Assembly (NCBI RefSeq): GCF_009914755.1
Contig: NC_060931.1
Source of the DNA: the human T2T-CHM13v2.0 reference genome, Homo sapiens
Reading direction: 5' to 3' (one strand)
DNA: 64,000 nt
Shown: piece after piece, positions 56,211 to 64,000 of the stretch
How positions within the stretch are numbered: position 1 is the first letter of the stretch
How the letters are laid out: each line of letters opens with the position of its first letter
Notes under the pieces: generated by a model
Told to the model about the DNA's origin: nothing
The model's database searches: none
The model's input: only the letters and a program-made list of their open reading frames with translations
Made by a program: the position numbers and the translations under genes

Positions 56211-59200
56211 TTTTTGTGGAGTTTGCAAGTGGAGATTTCAAGCGATTTGATGCCAACAGTAGAAAAGGAAATATCTTCAAATAAAAACTAGACAGAATCA
56301 TTCTCAGAAACTACTTTGTGATGTGTGCCTTCAACTCACAGAGTTTAACCTTTCTTTTCTTAGAGCAGTTTAGAAACACTCTGCTTGTTATGTCTGCAAG
56401 TGGATATTTGGACCTCTTTGAGGCCTTCGTTGCAAACGGGGTTTCTTCCTTTCATGCTAGACTAAGAAGAGTTCTCAGTAACTTTTTTGTGTTGTGTGTA
56501 TTCAACTCACAGAGTTGAACCTTGCTTTAGAGAGAGCAGATTTGAAACACTCTTGCTGTGGCATTTTCAGGTGGAGATTTCAAGCGATTTGAGGACAATT
56601 GCAGAAAAGGAAATATCTTCGTATAATAACCAGACAGAATCATTCTCAGAAAGTGCTTTGTGATGTGTGCGTTCAACTCACAGAGTTTAACCTTTCTTTT
56701 CATAGAGGAGTTTGGAAACACACTGTTTGTAAAGTCTGCAAGTGGATATATGGACCTGTTTGAGGCCTTCGTTGGAAACGGGATTTCTTCATTGAATGCT
56801 AGACGGAAGAATTCTCAGTAAATTCTTTGTGTTGTGTGCATTCAACTCACAGAGTGGAACGTCCCTTTAGACAGAGCAGATTTGAAACACTCTTTTTGCG
56901 GAATTTGCAAGTGGAGATTTCTAGCCATTTGATGCCAACAGTAGAAAGGGAAATATCTTCAAATAAAAACCAGACAGAATCATTCTCAGAAAATTCTTTG
57001 TGATGTGTGCGTTCAACTCACATAGTTTAACCTTTCTTTTCATAGAGCAGTTTGGAAACACTCTGTTTGTAAAGTCTGCAAGTGGATATATGGACCGCAT
57101 TGAGGCCTTCGTTGGAAACGGGATTTCTTCATTTCATGCTAGACAGAAGAATTCTCAGTAACTTCTTTGTGCTGTGTGTATTCAACTCACAGAGTGGAAC
57201 GTCCCTTTGCACAGAGCAGATTTGAAACACTCTTTTTGTGGAGTTTGCAAGTGGAGATTTCAAGCGATTTGATGCCAACAGTAGAAAAGGAAATATCTTC
57301 AAATAAAAACTAGACAGAATCATTCTCAGAAACTACTTTGTGATGTGTGCCTTCAACTCACAGAGTTTAACCTTTCTTTTCTTAGAGCAGTTTAGAAACA
57401 CTCTGCTTGTTATGTCTGCAAGTGGATATTTGGACCTCTTTGAGGCCTTCGTTGCAAACGGGGTTTCTTCCTTTCATGCTAGACTAAGAAGAGTTCTCAG
57501 TAACTTTTTTGTGTTGTGTGTATTCAACTCACAGAGTTGAACCTTGCTTTAGAGAGAGCAGATTTGAAACACTCTTGCTGTGGCATTTTCAGGTGGAGAT
57601 TTCAAGCGATTTGAGGACAATTGCAGAAAAGGAAATATCTTCGTATAATAACCAGACAGAATCATTCTCAGAAAGTGCTTTGTGATGTGTGCGTTCAACT
57701 CACAGAGTTTAACCTTTCTTTTCATAGAGGAGTTTGGAAACACACTGTTTGTAAAGTCTGCAAGTGGATATATGGACCTGTTTGAGGTCTCCGTTGGAAA
57801 CGGGATTTCTTCATTGAATGCTAGACGGAAGAATTCTCAGTAAATTCTTTGTGTTGTGTGCATTCAACTCACAGAGTGGAACGTCCCTTTAGACAGAGCA
57901 GATTTGAAACACTCTTTTTGCGGAATTTGCAAGTGGAGATTTCTAGCCATTTGATGCCAACAGTAGAAAGGGAAATATCTTCAAATAAAAACCAGACAGA
58001 ATCATTCTCAGAAAATTCTTTGTGATGTGTGCGTTCAACTCACATAGTTTAACCTTTCTTTTCATAGAGCAGTTTGGAAACACTCTGTTTGTAAAGTCTG
58101 CAAGTGGATATATGGACCGCATTGAGGCCTTCGTTGGAAACGGGATTTCTTCATTTCATGCTAGACAGAAGAATTCTCAGTAACTTCTTTGTGCTGTGTG
58201 TATTCAACTCACAGAGTGGAACGTCCCTTTGCACAGAGCAGATTTGAAACACTCTTTTTGTGGAGTTTGCAAGTGGAGATTTCAAGCGATTTGATGCCAA
58301 CAGTAGAAAAGGAAATATCTTCAAATAAAAACTAGACAGAATCATTCTCAGAAACTACTTTGTGATGTGTGCCTTCAACTCACAGAGTTTAACCTTTCTT
58401 TTCTTAGAGCAGTTTAGAAACACTCTGCTTGTTATGTCTGCAAGTGGATATTTGGACCTCTTTGAGGCCTTCGTTGCAAACGGGGTTTCTTCCTTTCATG
58501 CTAGACTAAGAAGAGTTCTCAGTAACTTTTTTGTGTTGTGTGTATTCAACTCACAGAGTTGAACCTTGCTTTAGAGAGAGCAGATTTGAAACACTCTTGC
58601 TGTGGCATTTTCAGGTGGAGATTTCAAGCGATTTGAGGACAATTGCAGAAAAGGAAATATCTTCGTATAATAACCAGACAGAATCATTCTCAGAAAGTGC
58701 TTTGTGATGTGTGCGTTCAACTCACAGAGTTTAACCTTTCTTTTCATAGAGGAGTTTGGAAACACACTGTTTGTAAAGTCTGCAAGTGGATATATGGACC
58801 TGTTTGAGGCCTTCGTTGGAAACGGGATTTCTTCATTGAATGCTAGACGGAAGAATTCTCAGTAAATTCTTTGTGTTGTGTGCATTCAACTCACAGAGTG
58901 GAACGTCCCTTTAGACAGAGCAGATTTGAAACACTCTTTTTGCGGAATTTGCAAGTGGAGATTTCTAGCCATTTGATGCCAACAGTAGAAAAGGAAATAT
59001 CTTCAAATAAAAACCAGACAGAATCATTCTCAGAAAATTCTTTGTGATGTGTGCGTTCAACTCACATAGTTTAACCTTTCTTTTCATAGAGCAGTTTGGA
59101 AACACTCTGTTTGTAAAGTCTGCAAGTGGATATATGGACCGCATTGAGGCCTTCGTTGGAAACGGGATTTCTTCATTTCATGCTAGACAGAAGAATTCTC

Positions 59201-62200
59201 AGTAACTTCTTTGTGCTGTGTGTATTCAACTCACAGAGTGGAACGTCCCTTTGCACAGAGCAGATTTGAAACACTCTTTTTGTGGAGTTTGCAAGTGGAG
59301 ATTTCAAGCGATTTGATGCCAACAGTAGAAAAGGAAATATCTTCAAATAAAAACTAGACAGAATCATTCTCAGAAACTACTTTGTGATGTGTGCCTTCAA
59401 CTCACAGAGTTTAACCTTTCTTTTCTTAGAGCAGTTTAGAAACACTCTGCTTGTTATGTCTGCAAGTGGATATTTGGACCTCTTTGAGGCCTTCGTTGCA
59501 AACGGGGTTTCTTCCTTTCATGCTAGACTAAGAAGAGTTCTCAGTAACTTTTTTGTGTTGTGTGTATTCAACTCACAGAGTTGAACCTTGCTTTAGAGAG
59601 AGCAGATTTGAAACACTCTTGCTGTGGCATTTTCAGGTGGAGATTTCAAGCGATTTGAGGACAATTGCAGAAAAGGAAATATCTTCGTATAATAACCAGA
59701 CAGAATCATTCTCAGAAAGTGCTTTGTGATGTGTGCGTTCAACTCACAGAGTTTAACCTTTCTTTTCATAGAGGAGTTTGGAAACACACTGTTTGTAAAG
59801 TCTGCAAGTGGATATATGGACCTGTTTGAGGCCTTCGTTGGAAACGGGATTTCTTCATTGAATGCTAGACGGAAGAATTCTCAGTAAATTCTTTGTGTTG
59901 TGTGCATTCAACTCACAGAGTGGAACGTCCCTTTAGACAGAGCAGATTTGAAACACTCTTTTTGCGGAATTTGCAAGTGGAGATTTCTAGCCATTTGATG
60001 CCAACAGTAGAAAGGGAAATATCTTCAAATAAAAACCAGACAGAATCATTCTCAGAAAATTCTTTGTGATGTGTGCGTTCAACTCACATAGTTTAACCTT
60101 TCTTTTCATAGAGCAGTTTGGAAACACTCTGTTTGTAAAGTCTGCAAGTGGATATATGGACCGCATTGAGGCCTTCGTTGGAAACGGGATTTCTTCATTT
60201 CATGCTAGACAGAAGAATTCTCAGTAACTTCTTTGTGCTGTGTGTATTCAACTCACAGAGTGGAACGTCCCTTTGCACAGAGCAGATTTGAAACACTCTT
60301 TTTGTGGAGTTTGCAAGTGGAGATTTCAAGCGATTTGATGCCAACAGTAGAAAAGGAAATATCTTCAAATAAAAACTAGACAGAATCATTCTCAGAAACT
60401 ACTTTGTGATGTGTGCCTTCAACTCACAGAGTTTAACCTTTCTTTTCTTAGAGCAGTTTAGAAACACTCTGCTTGTTATGTCTGCAAGTGGATATTTGGA
60501 CCTCTTTGAGGCCTTCGTTGCAAACGGGGTTTCTTCCTTTCATGCTAGACTAAGAAGAGTTCTCAGTAACTTTTTTGTGTTGTGTGTATTCAACTCACAG
60601 AGTTGAACCTTGCTTTAGAGAGAGCAGATTTGAAACACTCTTGCTGTGGCATTTTCAGGTGGAGATTTCAAGCGATTTGAGGACAATTGCAGAAAAGGAA
60701 ATATCTTCGTATAATAACCAGACAGAATCATTCTCAGAAAGTGCTTTGTGATGTGTGCGTTCAACTCACAGAGTTTAACCTTTCTTTTCATAGAGGAGTT
60801 TGGAAACACACTGTTTGTAAAGTCTGCAAGTGGATATATGGACCTGTTTGAGGTCTCCGTTGGAAACGGGATTTCTTCATTGAATGCTAGACGGAAGAAT
60901 TCTCAGTAAATTCTTTGTGTTGTGTGCATTCAACTCACAGAGTGGAACGTCCCTTTAGACAGAGCAGATTTGAAACACTCTTTTTGCGGAATTTGCAAGT
61001 GGAGATTTCTAGCCATTTGATGCCAACAGTAGAAAGGGAAATATCTTCAAATAAAAACCAGACAGAATCATTCTCAGAAAATTCTTTGTGATGTGTGCGT
61101 TCAACTCACATAGTTTAACCTTTCTTTTCATAGAGCAGTTTGGAAACACTCTGTTTGTAAAGTCTGCAAGTGGATATATGGACCGCATTGAGGCCTTCGT
61201 TGGAAACGGGATTTCTTCATTTCATGCTAGACAGAAGAATTCTCAGTAACTTCTTTGTGCTGTGTGTATTCAACTCACAGAGTGGAACGTCCCTTTGCAC
61301 AGAGCAGATTTGAAACACTCTTTTTGTGGAGTTTGCAAGTGGAGATTTCAAGCGATTTGATGCCAACAGTAGAAAAGGAAATATCTTCAAATAAAAACTA
61401 GACAGAATCATTCTCAGAAACTACTTTGTGATGTGTGCCTTCAACTCACAGAGTTTAACCTTTCTTTTCTTAGAGCAGTTTAGAAACACTCTGCTTGTTA
61501 TGTCTGCAAGTGGATATTTGGACCTCTTTGAGGCCTTCGTTGCAAACGGGGTTTCTTCCTTTCATGCTAGACTAAGAAGAGTTCTCAGTAACTTTTTTGT
61601 GTTGTGTGTATTCAACTCACAGAGTTGAACCTTGCTTTAGAGAGAGCAGATTTGAAACACTCTTGCTGTGGCATTTTCAGGTGGAGATTTCAAGCGATTT
61701 GAGGACAATTGCAGAAAAGGAAATATCTTCGTATAATAACCAGACAGAATCATTCTCAGAAAGTGCTTTGTGATGTGTGCGTTCAACTCACAGAGTTTAA
61801 CCTTTCTTTTCATAGAGGAGTTTGGAAACACACTGTTTGTAAAGTCTGCAAGTGGATATATGGACCTGTTTGAGGCCTTCGTTGGAAACGGGATTTCTTC
61901 ATTGAATGCTAGACGGAAGAATTCTCAGTAAATTCTTTGTGTTGTGTGCATTCAACTCACAGAGTGGAACGTCCCTTTAGACAGAGCAGATTTGAAACAC
62001 TCTTTTTGCGGAATTTGCAAGTGGAGATTTCTAGCCATTTGATGCCAACAGTAGAAAAGGAAATATCTTCAAATAAAAACCAGACAGAATCATTCTCAGA
62101 AAATTCTTTGTGATGTGTGCGTTCAACTCACATAGTTTAACCTTTCTTTTCATAGAGCAGTTTGGAAACACTCTGTTTGTAAAGTCTGCAAGTGGATATA

Positions 62201-62342
62201 TGGACCGCATTGAGGCCTTCGTTGGAAACGGGATTTCTTCATTTCATGCTAGACAGAAGAATTCTCAGTAACTTCTTTGTGCTGTGTGTATTCAACTCAC
62301 AGAGTGGAACGTCCCTTTGCACAGAGCAGATTTGAAACACTC
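56211..62342 (+). repeat. Tandem duplication of a 3-HOR block (3066 bp)
   Basis: Consensus unit, then GGTCTCCG unit (57788/60854), then offset-738 G>A unit (58992/62058), repeated at +3066. Confidence 0.8.
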
Positions 62343-64000
62343 TTTTTGTGGAGTTTGCAAGTGGAGATTTCAAGCGATTTGATGCCAACAGTAGAAAAGG
62401 AAATATCTTCAAATAAAAACTAGACAGAATCATTCTCAGAAACTACTTTGTGATGTGTGCCTTCAACTCACAGAGTTTAACCTTTCTTTTCTTAGAGCAG
62501 TTTAGAAACACTCTGCTTGTTATGTCTGCAAGTGGATATTTGGACCTCTTTGAGGCCTTCGTTGCAAACGGGGTTTCTTCCTTTCATGCTAGACTAAGAA
62601 GAGTTCTCAGTAACTTTTTTGTGTTGTGTGTATTCAACTCACAGAGTTGAACCTTGCTTTAGAGAGAGCAGATTTGAAACACTCTTGCTGTGGCATTTTC
62701 AGGTGGAGATTTCAAGCGATTTGAGGACAATTGCAGAAAAGGAAATATCTTCGTATAATAACCAGACAGAATCATTCTCAGAAAGTGCTTTGTGATGTGT
62801 GCGTTCAACTCACAGAGTTTAACCTTTCTTTTCATAGAGGAGTTTGGAAACACACTGTTTGTAAAGTCTGCAAGTGGATATATGGACCTGTTTGAGGCCT
62901 TCGTTGGAAACGGGATTTCTTCATTGAATGCTAGACGGAAGAATTCTCAGTAAATTCTTTGTGTTGTGTGCATTCAACTCACAGAGTGGAACGTCCCTTT
63001 AGACAGAGCAGATTTGAAACACTCTTTTTGCGGAATTTGCAAGTGGAGATTTCTAGCCATTTGATGCCAACAGTAGAAAGGGAAATATCTTCAAATAAAA
63101 ACCAGACAGAATCATTCTCAGAAAATTCTTTGTGATGTGTGCGTTCAACTCACATAGTTTAACCTTTCTTTTCATAGAGCAGTTTGGAAACACTCTGTTT
63201 GTAAAGTCTGCAAGTGGATATATGGACCGCATTGAGGCCTTCGTTGGAAACGGGATTTCTTCATTTCATGCTAGACAGAAGAATTCTCAGTAACTTCTTT
63301 GTGCTGTGTGTATTCAACTCACAGAGTGGAACGTCCCTTTGCACAGAGCAGATTTGAAACACTCTTTTTGTGGGGTTTGCAAGTGGAGATTTCAAGCGAT
63401 TTGATGCCAACAGTAGAAAAGGAAATATCTTCAAATAAAAACTAGACAGAATCATTCTCAGAAACTACTTTGTGATGTGTGCCTTCAACTCACACAGTTC
63501 AACCTTTCTTTTCTTAGAGCAGTTTAGAAACACTCTGCTTGTTATGTCTGCAAGTGGATATTTGGACCTCTTTGAGGCCTTCGTTGCAAACGGGGTTTCT
63601 TCCTTTCATGCTAGACTAAGAAGAGTTCTCAGTAACTTTTTTGTGTTGTGTGTATTCAACTCACAGAGTTGAACCTTGCTTTAGAGAGAGCAGATTTGAA
63701 ACACTCTTGCTGTGGCATTTTCAGGTGGAGATTTCAAGCGATTTGAGGACAATTGCAGAAAAGGAAATATCTTCGTATAATAACCAGACAGAATCATTCT
63801 CAGAAAGTGCTTTGTGATGTGTGCGTTCAACTCACAGAGTTTAACCTTTCTTTTCATAGAGGAGTTTGGAAACACACTGTTTGTAAAGTCTGCAAGTGGA
63901 TACATGGACCTGTTTGAGGCCTTCGTTGGAAACGGGATTTCTTCATTGAATGCTAGACGGAAGAATTCTCAGTAAATTCTTTGTGTTGTGTGCATTCAAC

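Larger units (their letters stand above)
1..64000 (+). repeat. Centromeric alpha-satellite HOR array, SF1 6-mer (1022 bp), ~62.6 copies, probably human chr7 D7Z1
   Basis: Typical alphoid motifs (CATTCTCAGAAA, TTCAACTCACAGAG, TTTGAAACACTC, GCAAGTGGA) recur every ~170 bp. Near-identical sequence recurs every 1022 bp: ORF starts 108 to 63472 = 62 x 1022 exactly. Alpha-satellite call is secure; the D7Z1 assignment rests on recall of a 6-mer SF1 HOR with 340/680-bp EcoRI subunits (about 0.8). Confidence 0.98.

Noticed and set aside
108-63905. About 180 short ORFs (64-74 aa) in three recurring families
   Set aside because: They recur every 1022 bp because they are translations of the satellite. 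They overlap CENP-B boxes, appear or vanish with single substitutions, and show no recognisable domain or gene structure.
1-64000. CRISPR-like or other repeat-spacer system
   Set aside because: There are no unique spacers and no associated genes; the whole unit is repeated.
1-64000. Embedded L1/Alu insertion, inversion or unique sequence island
   Set aside because: The 1022-bp phase and strand orientation never break, leaving no room for an insertion.
1-64000. Simulated or collapsed centromere model instead of real sequence
   Set aside because: Long-range ordered co-occurrence of variants across 3-23 HORs argues for a genuine linear assembly, though reads are needed to prove it.

Overview
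The whole 64 kb is one uninterrupted, single-orientation array of primate (human-type) centromeric alpha-satellite DNA. It is built from a 1022-bp six-monomer higher-order repeat (HOR; monomers 171/171/169/171/169/171 bp), about 62.6 copies. CENP-B-box (B-type) monomers alternate with A-type monomers, as in suprachromosomal family 1 (SF1). The 6-mer with two EcoRI sites giving 340+682 bp pieces best fits the chromosome 7 array D7Z1; this is from recall, not a search. There are no genes: all listed ORFs are translations of the repeat. I saw no indels, inversions, structural-variant HORs or transposon insertions. I found no new biological system. What is informative is a sparse set of point variants, scored by eye so some may be missed. 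They record multi-HOR duplications (offsets of 2, 3, 8, 10 and 23 HORs), regional haplotype domains, a nested mutation series, and nine CENP-B boxes altered at core positions. 'Offset' below means position within a unit starting at 1+1022k.
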